Assembly (NCBI GenBank): GCA_951812955.1
Contig: OX638340.1
Span: forward strand, 1,856,001 to 1,920,000
Length of the DNA stretch: 64,000 nt
Reading direction: 5' to 3'
From: an uncultured Gemmatimonadota bacterium
GTDB lineage: Bacteria; JAAXHH01
Shown: piece after piece, positions 29,157 to 38,877 of the stretch
How positions within the stretch are numbered: position 1 is the first letter of the stretch
Layout of the letters: each line of letters starts with the position of its first letter
Position numbers and translations under genes: made by a program
Notes under the pieces: generated by a model
The model's input: the letters and a program-made list of their open reading frames with translations, nothing else
The model's database searches: none
What the model was told of the DNA's origin: nothing

Positions 29157-29972
29157 TTGGGTATCGGAAAGGAGCTTCATATGATCATCCACAAACTGGT
29201 CGCAGCCACTTGCATGATCGGTCTGGGAATGTACGGCTGTTCCTCTTCAGAGATTCCTGAGGACCCGCCGGTCCAGACCGAGCAGGTCGCATGGGGATAC
29301 GGTGACGAGAACGGACCGGACGTCTGGGGCCAGTTAAGCCCGGATTTCGCCTTATGTGCCGAGGGATCGCTGCAATCTCCGATCGACCTTGCGAATGCCA
29401 CGTCGTCGGAACTTCCCGAAATCGTCTTCAACTATAGTCCGTCGGCGGTGAATATCCACCATAACGGCCACACGATTGAAGTGGCGCCCACCGGGGAAAA
29501 CTCGATTGAGATCGATGGTGTACGTTACGCGCTTCTGCAGTTCCATTTCCACGCTCCGAGCGAGCACTCGGTGGACGGCCGGTTATTCGACATGGAAATG
29601 CACCTCGTGCACCGGAACGAAGAAGGCACCCTGGCAGTTATCGGAGTTCTGATCGAGCAGGGCGCCGACAATGCGACGTTCGGTCCCCTGTGGACGAATA
29701 TGCCGGACACGCCCGGCGTAACGAACAGCGTAGAGAACGCCACCGTTGATGCCGGCGACTTGCTGCCGGGCGACAGGCAGACCTATCGCTATGACGGCTC
29801 GTTGACTACACCGCCGTGTTCAGAAGGTGTCAAATGGAACGTGCTGACAACGCCCATTGAACTGTCCGAACCGCAGATCGCCGCTTTCAAAGCAGTTGTC
29901 CATGACAACAATCGGCCGGTACAGCCGCTGAATGAGCGTGAACTGCTTTCGGATGGTGCTGGAGAAGGCTAG
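29157..29972 (+). CDS. alpha-class carbonic anhydrase, secreted (possible lipoprotein)
   Basis: Signal peptide ending …GMYGCSSS. Alpha-CA hallmarks: WGY…GP..W, SPIDL, zinc-ligand histidines in QFHFHAPSEH and HLVH. Confidence 0.85.
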   Translation: MGIGKELHMIIHKLVAATCMIGLGMYGCSSSEIPEDPPVQTEQVAWGYGDENGPDVWGQLSPDFALCAEGSLQSPIDLANATSSELPEIVFNYSPSAVNIHHNGHTIEVAPTGENSIEIDGVRYALLQFHFHAPSEHSVDGRLFDMEMHLVHRNEEGTLAVIGVLIEQGADNATFGPLWTNMPDTPGVTNSVENATVDAGDLLPGDRQTYRYDGSLTTPPCSEGVKWNVLTTPIELSEPQIAAFKAVVHDNNRPVQPLNERELLSDGAGEG

Positions 29973-30022
29973 GCCAGCAAGAATATCAGTCGAGGGGGAG
30001 AAACACTTTCTTTGGTTTGGAA

Positions 30023-30056
30023 CGGGCCGAGGAAAACGGCTGTTGTCGTCGGCCCG
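30023..30056. terminator. GC-rich hairpin between convergent genes (carbonic anhydrase / MFS)
   Basis: 8-bp stem CGGGCCGA…TCGGCCCG with an 18-nt loop. Flanking T-runs are weak, so this is only a candidate bidirectional terminator. Confidence 0.3.
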
Positions 30057-30110
30057 CTTCTCCTTCAGCGTACCTTCTCAGCCCCGCCCCGTTGCAGCGC
30101 GGTCTCGAAA

Positions 30111-31415
30111 TCAGCCCCGCCCCGCCAGCGGAATCCCGTACCGCTGCAGCGTGGTAATGAGCGTCGGGCGACCGAGGCGGATCCGGCCGTCGTTCAGCAG
30201 GTAGGAAAACAGATAGCCCGCACCGAGCATGATAATCCCTATGAGGAAACAGTACATGACTGCGCGATCGGGATAGACGTCTTTCAGGTACCCCACGTAC
30301 AGCGGACCGAAGATCCCCGCGGCGGCCCACGCGGTCAGCACCGCGCCGTAGATGGTGGACATCTTCTTCGTGCCGAACACGTCGAGGACGAAGGAAGGCA
30401 TGGTGGCGAAACCGCCGCCGAAGCAGAGCAGCACGTAGCAGACCAGCGCGGAGAAGACCCAGGGGTTCGTCTCGGTCATGAGTATGCCGAAGACTACCAT
30501 CTGGCTGCCGAGCAACACCCTGAAAACCGTAACCCTTCCGAACCGGTCGGACAGCAGTCCCCAGAACAGCCGCCCCAGTCCGTTGCAGATCGAGCTGACC
30601 GCGATGAGGGTAGCCCCGTACTCGGCCAGCATGGTGGGTTCGATTGAATCATCCGCCAGGCCCCAGATCTCCTGCAGAATTTCCGACTGGAAGCTGACGA
30701 CAGATATCCCGGCCGCAATGTTGAAGAAAAATACGATCCACATGAAGACGAACTGCGTCGTACCCAGGTAGGCGCGGGCGTACTTCGGTTCGTCGGCCTC
30801 ATCGGGATCGGTCGCGGTAGTCGACGGACCCGTGGGATCCGGCGGCGGGTCGGTCAGCGCCAGGCTGCAGGGGATGAGAATCAGGGCAAAGATGATACCG
30901 AGCCAGAAGAAGACTTCTGGCAATGCGCCCGCGGTCCGGACGATGAGGAAGGGCGCAAGGCCCTTGCTAAGCAGGAACGCCCCCACGCCGAATCCCATGA
31001 CGACGATCCCGGTAGCCAGGCCCTTGCGATCCGGAAACCACTTGGCCACGGTGGCGACCGGCGTGACGTACCCCAGCCCGATGCCCGCGCCGCCAATCAC
31101 TCCGTAGCCGAGATAGAACAACGGGATACTGTTCATCTCAAGTGCCAGGCCCGAGACCAGGTAACCGCACGCGAACAGGAAGCTGCCTATAAGGGCGAGT
31201 TTGCGCGGTCCCATCTTCGGCAGCATATTCCCGGCCCAGGCTGCCGATACGCCGAGGGTAAAGATGGCGATGCTGAAGGCCCAGGCCGTCTCGGTGTGGG
31301 TCCAACCGATCTGGCGCACCAGTATCGTCTGGAAGAAACTCCAGGCGTATACCGTGCCGAAGCAGACCTGCAGCGCCGTGCAGAAGAGCGCGATGGCGCT
31401 TCGGGGAATGCGCAT
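30111..31415 (-). CDS. MFS transporter, oxalate/formate-antiporter (OFA)-like family
   Basis: N-terminus MRIPRSAIALFCTALQVCFGTVYAWSFF is typical of OFA-family MFS. About 12 TM helices. The ATG at 31415 avoids overlap with the upstream gene; the longest ORF extends to 31463. Confidence 0.75.
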   Translation of the reverse strand: MRIPRSAIALFCTALQVCFGTVYAWSFFQTILVRQIGWTHTETAWAFSIAIFTLGVSAAWAGNMLPKMGPRKLALIGSFLFACGYLVSGLALEMNSIPLFYLGYGVIGGAGIGLGYVTPVATVAKWFPDRKGLATGIVVMGFGVGAFLLSKGLAPFLIVRTAGALPEVFFWLGIIFALILIPCSLALTDPPPDPTGPSTTATDPDEADEPKYARAYLGTTQFVFMWIVFFFNIAAGISVVSFQSEILQEIWGLADDSIEPTMLAEYGATLIAVSSICNGLGRLFWGLLSDRFGRVTVFRVLLGSQMVVFGILMTETNPWVFSALVCYVLLCFGGGFATMPSFVLDVFGTKKMSTIYGAVLTAWAAAGIFGPLYVGYLKDVYPDRAVMYCFLIGIIMLGAGYLFSYLLNDGRIRLGRPTLITTLQRYGIPLAGRG

Positions 31416-31428
31416 CGCTTTTATCCTC

Positions 31429-32169
31429 CTACCGTGCCTTCTCCGGCGGCGCGCCGGGCGCACTGGAGTCGGGCGACTGATCGGAGATGTGGCGGAAGAG
31501 ACGGGCCAGATCGCCTACTTCGTCGTCCCGTCCAAGGAGATCGTCCGCCGAGGCTTCCGTTTCCTTGTTGCCCGCGATATTGACGGCGTAGGCGAGTAGC
31601 TCCGCGAGGGGTTTTGCTGCGAGATTGACGAGCCAGATCGAAGCAAGAACGCCCACGACGAGGAATATGCAAATGAGGATTACCTGCTGGCCGATGGCGC
31701 GCTGGATCTTGAGGGCGACCTCATCCTGGTCCATGCCTACGTGCACCGTGCCCGCCACGCCCGCCAGGATGGGACTGCCGACCTCCAGGAAATCACCCAG
31801 GCCGGGGATGCTTCGCTCCACGGGCTCGAGATTCGAATGATCGCTCGCGAGAATCTGCTCGGGTATGCCGGGCACGAAGGTATGGGCGAGATACTCGCCG
31901 TCCTCACTGGTGATGTAGATGTACCGGATACCCTGAATTTCTACGAACTGATCGATCATCGATTGCAGCGTCGCCAGGTTTCGGTTGAGCAGGATGTCGA
32001 CGCTGGCGTCAGCAACGCTCTTGGCGATGTTCTGACTGTTAGACTCGTATTCCGCCGTCAGTTGTGTATCTACGGTGTATATGCACAGGGCCGAGGTGGA
32101 GAGGACGATGACGCCGAAGAGCAGAAAGATCCCGAAACGGGTGCGCTGGAACAGTTTTTGTATTTTCAT
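31429..32169 (-). CDS. membrane protein with periplasmic Cache-like domain and cytoplasmic HAMP domain, no output domain
   Basis: Layout is TM1 (res ~13-35), a ~125-aa periplasmic segment with a Cache-like YIYITSEDGEYLAH motif, TM2, then a HAMP consensus (KPLAELLAYAVNIAGNKETE…DEVGDLARLFRHISD). The protein ends ~15 aa after HAMP. Confidence 0.6.
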   Translation of the reverse strand: MKIQKLFQRTRFGIFLLFGVIVLSTSALCIYTVDTQLTAEYESNSQNIAKSVADASVDILLNRNLATLQSMIDQFVEIQGIRYIYITSEDGEYLAHTFVPGIPEQILASDHSNLEPVERSIPGLGDFLEVGSPILAGVAGTVHVGMDQDEVALKIQRAIGQQVILICIFLVVGVLASIWLVNLAAKPLAELLAYAVNIAGNKETEASADDLLGRDDEVGDLARLFRHISDQSPDSSAPGAPPEKAR

Positions 32170-32170
32170 G

Positions 32171-33550
32171 TCAGGAAAGCCAGCTTTGCCAGTCGTCCAG
32201 AGTAACGAACCGGCCCTCTTCTACGACGGTATAGTAGACGGTTTGCAGCCCCTGCCGGCGGTCAGGACCGAAGGAGACCCGCTCGCTGATCCCGAGATCG
32301 TAGTTTTCGACCGAGAACACCGCATCCTCCAACCCGTCCCTTTCTGGATTTCCTCCCAGGCGCCGCAGGATCTCGGTCATCAGCTTGGCGTCCAGAAAAC
32401 CCTCGAGACTGACGAAACTCTGCGGAAACGGGCTGTATGCCTCCTTGACGAGTTCCTCGGGAACTGCGGGATCATAGCGTTCCATCAGTTCGCGATATTC
32501 CTGCACTGCGGGAATGGACGTGTCCTCGTAGCTCGGGACCACCTGGGAGTTGACGAGATAACGTGAGTAGGTCTCCACGTCCTCTCCCAGATCGCCGAGC
32601 AATTGGAGCATGTTCTCGCTTCCCACGAATGAAAGGTTGGCGATGGGAACCCGCAGGTCGCGGTCGACGGCGTCGCGTGCGAAGGCCGCGCAGGCCGCGT
32701 ACGACCCGATGCAGATGACGGCGTCCGGAGAATTCGCCTTGAGGATTTCCACCTGTTCCCGCATGCTGCCCGTGAATCGCTGGCCCCTGCGGTAGGTCGC
32801 TTCGCCCGCGAGTCGTTCGCCGTGCCTGTCGAGTGCCGCCCGTACCCCGGCCCAGCCGCTTCTGCCGTAGGCATCCGCCTGGTAGAATACGCCGATTTTC
32901 CTTTTGCCCGCGGCGAGGAAATTGTTCACGAGTCCGGCTGTCTCCTGCCGGTAGGAAGCCCGGAGGTTGAAGGCGAAATCACCATACGGCGGTTCCCGCT
33001 GGGGCTGGGCGCCGGTGAAAGGGAAGAAAAGGTAGACCTGCTCATCCTGGAACTTCTTCAGAAGAGGAAGCACGCGCGTTACGGTCGGCGTGCCCACGTA
33101 CCCGAAGAGCAGGAACACGTTGTCCTCGAGCATGAGATTCATGGTGTTCCGTACACAGGGATCCGGCTGGTACCCGTCGTCGTATAGCTTCAGGGTGATC
33201 TTGCGACCCGCTACACCTCCGTTGTCGTTGACGTAGTTGAAATACGCCATCGCCCCGCGGTACAACTCGCTTCCAAGGCCCCTGGAAGGACCCGAAAAGG
33301 CGGCCGACATGCCCAGGACGATTTCATCGTCCGTGGCGCCTTCAAAGCCGGTTTCGATTTCCTGTGCTGAGACCATGTTCGCTCCTCCCAGTACGGTATC
33401 GGCGCCCCTCCAGCCCGCGCCGGAAACCGCCAACAATCCCGCGAGGCCTCGGCGCAGCATGGTCCTTCGCGTTAACAACGGCAAAGGAGACTCGGGTTTT
33501 TTCCCGGATTGACCGTTACCGTCACGCACATTCATACGTTTCCTCGTCAT
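32171..33550 (-). CDS. periplasmic solute-binding protein, PBP type 1 (Leu/Ile/Val-, amide/urea-binding family), Tat signal
   Basis: Twin-arginine motif TRRTMLRRGLAGLLAVSGAGW. Mature domain begins IVLGMSAAFSGPSRGLGSELYRGAMAYFNYVNDNGGVAGRKITLKLYDDGYQP, typical of LivK/AmiC-like PBP1 proteins. Confidence 0.75.
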   Translation of the reverse strand: MTRKRMNVRDGNGQSGKKPESPLPLLTRRTMLRRGLAGLLAVSGAGWRGADTVLGGANMVSAQEIETGFEGATDDEIVLGMSAAFSGPSRGLGSELYRGAMAYFNYVNDNGGVAGRKITLKLYDDGYQPDPCVRNTMNLMLEDNVFLLFGYVGTPTVTRVLPLLKKFQDEQVYLFFPFTGAQPQREPPYGDFAFNLRASYRQETAGLVNNFLAAGKRKIGVFYQADAYGRSGWAGVRAALDRHGERLAGEATYRRGQRFTGSMREQVEILKANSPDAVICIGSYAACAAFARDAVDRDLRVPIANLSFVGSENMLQLLGDLGEDVETYSRYLVNSQVVPSYEDTSIPAVQEYRELMERYDPAVPEELVKEAYSPFPQSFVSLEGFLDAKLMTEILRRLGGNPERDGLEDAVFSVENYDLGISERVSFGPDRRQGLQTVYYTVVEEGRFVTLDDWQSWLS

Positions 33551-33834
33551 CTCATGAGCCGCAAATAGTCTGCCAACCGTAAATTACGGCAGTCTGTCAG
33601 CCACGACCTGGCTGAAATGTTGACTAAACCGGAAACCGCTGAATTGAAGTCTGATATTCGAAATGTAGTGATTGTTACCGCGTCAGATGCAGTTGTGTTG
33701 AATCAAAATGATAAAACCGGAACAACTTCGTTGCAAGGTATTTTTGTGTCCTTGCTCAAGGTCCCGCGGGACTTTGAGCCGCTTCAATATCGAATAGGAT
33801 ACGCAATATCTTCTTTGAAATTCAACCGGCGAAA

Positions 33835-35178
33835 TCAATCCTCTGCAGGGCCGTATCCGCTGTAAGGTTCCGGAAGACCCTTACTCGCCACATCTTCCAT
33901 CACATCGCAGAAGTAATCCAGCTCGGGCAACGTAGTGTACAGATTCGACGAGATACGGACCCACCGCCGGCTGGAGTCCGTCCTGTCGTAACGGCCCCGG
34001 GACGTCTGGATCTGATGTTCATCCCATAGATAGTCTCGCATCCCGGTCGGATCAACCCCATCAATCCCGACCCCGGCAATACAGCAACTCATTTCAGGGG
34101 CCGTCGGCGTGTATACTTGAATCCTCGGATGCGTCTGAAGCCGTTCCGCCCAGTGGTTCTTCAGATACCGGAGCCGTTCTTCCTTGCGTTTCGATCCAAT
34201 GGCGTTGTGGAAGGCGAGGGCTTCGCCGATGGCAAGAAACGGCGCATGGGACAGGGTTCCGACGGACTCGTATTTCAGCATGCTTGTTCTGGGGTTGTAA
34301 CGGCGGCTCCTGGCCGGACCGTACAACGGCTCTATCTTCTCAACGTGATCGCGTTTCATGTAAAGCATCCCGGTCCCTTTCGGCGCGCTGAGCCACTTGT
34401 GCAGACTCGTACCGTAATAATCGCAACCCAGTTCCGAGACCTTGAAGTCTAGTTGGCCGACCGCATGGGCGCCGTCCACGACGACTTCGATACCGTACCG
34501 GTGCGCCAGGTCGCAGATACGCCGGACCGGGAACACCTGTCCGGTGGTATAGGTGATGTGGGACACGAGGATCAATCGCGTCTTCGGTGTGATGGCGCGC
34601 TCGAAGATCCCCACCAGGTCGTCCAGCGACTGTGCGGGCAGCGGCACCGGCGCCTGAACCAGCTTGATCCCCTCCTGCTTTTCCCGGTTCCTCAAGGCGC
34701 TCACCATGGAAGAGTAATCATGCGTCGTGGTAAGTACCTCGTCTCCCGGGTTCAGGGGAATGCCGTACAGGACCGTCTTGAGCGCCTCGGTCGTATTGCG
34801 TACGAGGGCGATTTCATCGGGACTGCTCCCGAAGAGGCGCGCCAGGGACCTCTTCACGGTACTCTCCTGGTCTCTGGCCTTTTGAACGTACAGGCCGTAC
34901 GGTCCCTGTTCCTGTTCCCATATGTACCGCACAACCGCTTCCGTGACGACGCGGGGCGACGGGCAGGTATAGCCGTTGTCCAGGTTGATCAGGCTTCGGT
35001 TCACGGTAAAGGCCTGCTTGACTTCGCTCCAGAGCCCTTCGTCACGGGCGGCCTGCTGCGGCGTCAGGTCCGAGATTTCGCTTACCGCCGCCTCGACTCC
35101 CCGGAACGAAGCGGGACCGAGGAACGTTGCCAGCCCTGCGGTCATGCCGGCGGTTTTCAGGAAGTGACGCCGTTCCAT
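33835..35178 (-). CDS. class V aminotransferase-fold PLP enzyme (isopenicillin-N-epimerase/cysteine-desulfurase-like) with Tat signal peptide
   Basis: Strong Tat motif MERRHFLKTAGMTAGLATFLGPASFRGVEA. PLP-lysine context GTSLHKWLSAPKG. The longest ORF extends to 35289 (an extra 37 N-terminal aa), but the Tat motif favours the 35178 start. Confidence 0.7.
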   Translation of the reverse strand: MERRHFLKTAGMTAGLATFLGPASFRGVEAAVSEISDLTPQQAARDEGLWSEVKQAFTVNRSLINLDNGYTCPSPRVVTEAVVRYIWEQEQGPYGLYVQKARDQESTVKRSLARLFGSSPDEIALVRNTTEALKTVLYGIPLNPGDEVLTTTHDYSSMVSALRNREKQEGIKLVQAPVPLPAQSLDDLVGIFERAITPKTRLILVSHITYTTGQVFPVRRICDLAHRYGIEVVVDGAHAVGQLDFKVSELGCDYYGTSLHKWLSAPKGTGMLYMKRDHVEKIEPLYGPARSRRYNPRTSMLKYESVGTLSHAPFLAIGEALAFHNAIGSKRKEERLRYLKNHWAERLQTHPRIQVYTPTAPEMSCCIAGVGIDGVDPTGMRDYLWDEHQIQTSRGRYDRTDSSRRWVRISSNLYTTLPELDYFCDVMEDVASKGLPEPYSGYGPAED

Positions 35179-35570
35179 GGCATTCGGGCGTTCCACGGGA
35201 CGGTCGTTTTCTTCGAGACGGTCGTTTTCTTCGTTTTGCGGTCTCATCGTGCTTCTCCTTTTCCGGGCCGTTTCTGCCATCCCGGTCATCCAATGAGGTA
35301 TTCAGCGAAATGAGTGCTACTGACTCAATGAAAAGTGTCCTTGACTCGCATCCTACTGTTTTTAAACTGATGACATCGGACCCGCTCGACGGATAGAAGA
35401 ACCGGGAAACCCGCTTCCCCTTACCTTTTTACACCGTGACCCCATATAAACTTGTGAAAAACATGGCTTCAAGCGCAGCATCCCGTCAGGTCAACGTTTA
35501 CACCGATTTCATTAACGACGAATCGAAGTGATCTGCCCGTCCAGATGTTAACCAGGAAAGAGAATCATCC

Positions 35571-36254
35571 ATGAACCCAAGCCTGCGACAGAGCATGAAC
35601 GAGTATTACGATGAACGAGCGGCCGAGTTCGACGAGATCTACACACTGGGCAAGCCGCCTGGTACGGTCACAGATCCGGAGCTATACAAAAAAGAGGCCC
35701 GGTCGCTGGCGCATCTCGTCCGGGTACACTGTCGCGGCAGCATCCTCGATATTCCCTGCGGAACGGGCTACTGGCTTCAGTTCTACGCCGCAAACTGTTC
35801 GGCGATCACGCTCGTGGACCAGTCGGAGAACATGCTGCGGGAAGGAAGAGAAAAAGCGCGCAAGCATGGCGTCGAGCCAATCACCACGTTCGTGGAGGCC
35901 GATGCCCTTGAAGTGCCGTTGGAAGACCGGTCATTCGATACCGTCCTGGTGGGCTTCTTCCTCAGTCACGTCACGGATAGCCAGATTGCGCTGTTTTTCA
36001 ATACACTGCGAAACCTGCTGAAACCGGACGGCCGCATGCTCATCCTGGACTCCAACTGGACCCGCTACCGCGGATCACGGCCCAAGGAAGGGACCACGTT
36101 GCGTACGCTCAATGACGGACGTAAATTCGAGATCTACAAGCGGTACTTTGAAGGGACCGATTTCGACCGGATGTCGGAGACCTGCGGAATGGATTTCACC
36201 GTGCGGCACGACGGCAAGCTTTACCTCGGCGTCACAGGCACGCTGCGTGATTGA
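35571..36254 (+). CDS. class I SAM-dependent methyltransferase
   Basis: Motif I ILDIPCGTGYWLQFYA. Motif II/III region TVLVGFFLSHV. Confidence 0.75.
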   Translation: MNPSLRQSMNEYYDERAAEFDEIYTLGKPPGTVTDPELYKKEARSLAHLVRVHCRGSILDIPCGTGYWLQFYAANCSAITLVDQSENMLREGREKARKHGVEPITTFVEADALEVPLEDRSFDTVLVGFFLSHVTDSQIALFFNTLRNLLKPDGRMLILDSNWTRYRGSRPKEGTTLRTLNDGRKFEIYKRYFEGTDFDRMSETCGMDFTVRHDGKLYLGVTGTLRD

Positions 36255-36973
36255 ATCAGATTATGCGAATCAAGCCAGTACCTGAAAAGCTGAAACCGGA
36301 GAACCTGAATCGGGCAACCATCGCCTATTACAACCTGCGGCAGGTTCATGGCGACATGCCTCACAGGATCCCAAGGGGGCCCTCGCCTGATCTGCCTGAC
36401 GAACAAGCCAGGATGATCCGGGAATCTCGGGAGGCCATGCGGGGCCGAAGGGTACTCGAGGTAGCGAGCGGTACGGGATCGGCGTCCAGGGAAATCGCGG
36501 TGACCGCAGTGTCTGTCACGGGCGTGGAGATCGCTTCCAATATGTTGAGCATCGCTAAAGAAAGCGATAACCCGTCCAACGTAAGTTACCTGGCTGGCGA
36601 CGCATTCGACCTTGAATCCATAGCGTCAGGTGAGCGCTTCGACGGTGGATTCGCATCTGGGTTTATGCACACCTGTCCTTCCTCGAGGTATTTGGAATTC
36701 CTGGATGGTTTTCACGGGCGGCTCGAGAAGGGCTCTACCGTATTCATGCGGTCGTCCAGACCGACAAGTCCTGATGCGGTAAGCAGGCTTTTCCGGGTTG
36801 AAGGTCACGCGGACCAGTTCATGACACGGCAGTTGTCCGATGGCTCCGAATATGTCATGGTCGAGAACGATCCGACCGAAGACGAACTCAGGCGCATATT
36901 CGAACCCCTGTCGAAGAACCTCATGGTGCATATCGGAAACTACTGGTGGTGGATCAGGTACGAACTGCCCTGA
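36251..36973 (+). CDS. class I SAM-dependent methyltransferase
   Basis: Motif I VLEVASGTGSASREIA. It overlaps the upstream methyltransferase stop as ATGA. Confidence 0.65.
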   Translation: MNQIMRIKPVPEKLKPENLNRATIAYYNLRQVHGDMPHRIPRGPSPDLPDEQARMIRESREAMRGRRVLEVASGTGSASREIAVTAVSVTGVEIASNMLSIAKESDNPSNVSYLAGDAFDLESIASGERFDGGFASGFMHTCPSSRYLEFLDGFHGRLEKGSTVFMRSSRPTSPDAVSRLFRVEGHADQFMTRQLSDGSEYVMVENDPTEDELRRIFEPLSKNLMVHIGNYWWWIRYELP

Positions 36974-36982
36974 GGCGGCTTC

Positions 36983-37864
36983 ATGCATGAGATCGTGCAA
37001 CATGATCACGCGCAAGATCTCCTCACGCTTTCCGGACCCTGCCTGGAATCACGCGAGAGCGAGAACAACCTGCCTCTGGGCCTTGCGCATACGCTGGCCA
37101 GGGATCCCCGGTACTTCGGCGATGATCCACCACTGCTCCTGAGCATACTGGAAAACGGCATTCCCGTCGGCGTAGCGGTCAGGACGCCGCCGCGTAAAAT
37201 CGTCCTGAGCCGATTCGATGCCGAAATCGAAGCGGCCGTGAACCGGCTAGTCAAACACCTGCGCAGCAATCCAATGATGGTTCCCGGCATCGTCGGACCG
37301 GAACGGGAATCACAGTGTTTCGCGGACCGCTGGTCGGAAGCCATTCCCGGACTTGCCGCAACGATTTCCACTCGGTTGCGGGTATTCGAGGCGCGCAGAA
37401 TTGTCGACGTGCCTCTTGCGCCGGGCTGCCTGCGCCGGGCCGGGATGGAGGACCTTCCGTTAATGTCCGAGTGGATCGAGGGCTTCGCCCGGGAAGCGTT
37501 AGGAGAAAAATCCGATCCCGGCAAGGCGCTGGACAAAGCGGAGAAATACATTGAAGAAAGGAATCTGTTCGTCTGGGACCATGGGGGACCGGTATCGATT
37601 GCCAGGGAATCCCGGCCCATGAAGCACGGCACGGTGATCTCGCTGGTGTACACGCCACCGGAACGCCGCGATCGGGGCTACGCGACTTCGTGCGTATACC
37701 GGTTGACGAAGAAACTGCTTGCGGGACGGTATCAGTTCTGTAGCCTGTTTACCGATCTGGCGAATCCGACCTCCAACCACATCTATCCGAGGGTCGGTTA
37801 CGTACCCTTAGGCGATACTTTGGAATTCGATTTTGATCACGCGGCAGGACCTACCGAACGCTGA
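36983..37864 (+). CDS. GNAT-fold acetyltransferase-like protein (two-lobed)
   Basis: The C-terminal lobe has GNAT motif A (VISLVYTPPERRDRGYATSCVYRL). The N-terminal lobe is unassigned. It starts 9 nt after the upstream methyltransferase. Confidence 0.45.
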   Translation: MHEIVQHDHAQDLLTLSGPCLESRESENNLPLGLAHTLARDPRYFGDDPPLLLSILENGIPVGVAVRTPPRKIVLSRFDAEIEAAVNRLVKHLRSNPMMVPGIVGPERESQCFADRWSEAIPGLAATISTRLRVFEARRIVDVPLAPGCLRRAGMEDLPLMSEWIEGFAREALGEKSDPGKALDKAEKYIEERNLFVWDHGGPVSIARESRPMKHGTVISLVYTPPERRDRGYATSCVYRLTKKLLAGRYQFCSLFTDLANPTSNHIYPRVGYVPLGDTLEFDFDHAAGPTER

Positions 37865-37950
37865 CCCTGTGCCTGCATCGCGCCATTTAGCGCCACAAAA
37901 CGAGCGTCTACCGCACGGCGAAGATCACTGAGTTCATAGGAGTACTGGTT

Positions 37951-38787
37951 ATGGGATATCAACTAAATGAGCAGCAACTCGCTTTCTTTGACACCTTCGG
38001 ATACCTGGGGTTTCCAGGTCTGCTTGATGATCGTATCGACGAGATCATCAACGACTTCGAGGAGGTCTGGGCAAGTCGCGGGGGCGGCCATCACGGGCGG
38101 CCCCATGACGGTAAGGAGCGCTCCTGTATTGTACCGTTCATTGACCAGCAAGAACGGCTTTCCAGCCTGCTGGACGACGACCGGATCAGGGGCATCGCGA
38201 CCAGTCTGTTGGGCGATGACTTCAACTATATGGGCAGCGATGGCAACTACTACGCTGGAGATACCCGGTGGCACTCCGATGGATGGCACCCTGAAACACT
38301 GCACATAAAGATCGCCTTTTACCTGGACGAATTAACACGGGACACCGGCTGTCTGCGGGTCATTCCCGGCAGCCACAAGCGGGATGACGCCTATGCGGAT
38401 TCACTGCAGCAGCATGTCGGAGAGAGTTCGTCCGTGTGGGATACGGACCCGCGGGATGTGCCTGCGATGGCGCTGGAGACCCGTCCGGGCGACATCGTCT
38501 GTTTCAATCACAATACCAAGCACGCCTCATTCGGCGGCGGCGGGCACCGGCGCATGTTTACCATGAACCTGTGTCAGCGCTATCCCGAGCATCGCCTCCA
38601 GGAACTGCGCGATTACATCAGCGGCGGAGCCCGTTTCTGGTTGGACGAAGCATACGGTGAGGCGATGATCCGCACCGCTACTCCGGATCGCAAGCGTCAC
38701 CTGGAGCAGGTCATGGCCAACGACGATCACTTGCCGGAGTTGAGCCGCCAGGCCAGGGAAAGCATGAGCGAACCGTCAAGGGGCTGA
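37951..38787 (+). CDS. phytanoyl-CoA dioxygenase (PhyH)-family Fe(II)/2-oxoglutarate oxygenase
   Basis: HxD…H facial-triad candidates (WHSDGWH; HNTKHASFGGG). Size and overall pattern match the PhyH family. Confidence 0.6.
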   Translation: MGYQLNEQQLAFFDTFGYLGFPGLLDDRIDEIINDFEEVWASRGGGHHGRPHDGKERSCIVPFIDQQERLSSLLDDDRIRGIATSLLGDDFNYMGSDGNYYAGDTRWHSDGWHPETLHIKIAFYLDELTRDTGCLRVIPGSHKRDDAYADSLQQHVGESSSVWDTDPRDVPAMALETRPGDIVCFNHNTKHASFGGGGHRRMFTMNLCQRYPEHRLQELRDYISGGARFWLDEAYGEAMIRTATPDRKRHLEQVMANDDHLPELSRQARESMSEPSRG

Positions 38788-38877
38788 TCTCGCAGCTCGT
38801 TCGTCGACTAACCAGTTAGAATGAACGGCCAGTATACGTGGCGGTACACTGGGTATTCGTTGCGCGCACGCCTCAGT

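Noticed and set aside
33617-33865. 82-aa ORF in the 285-nt intergenic region upstream of the SBP gene
   Set aside because: It sits in an AT-rich promoter-like spacer with no SD and no recognisable fold. It overlaps the 3' end of the aminotransferase gene on the other strand and is more likely regulatory DNA. A GTCCCGCGGGAC hairpin is present there, but it lacks a convincing U-tract on either strand.
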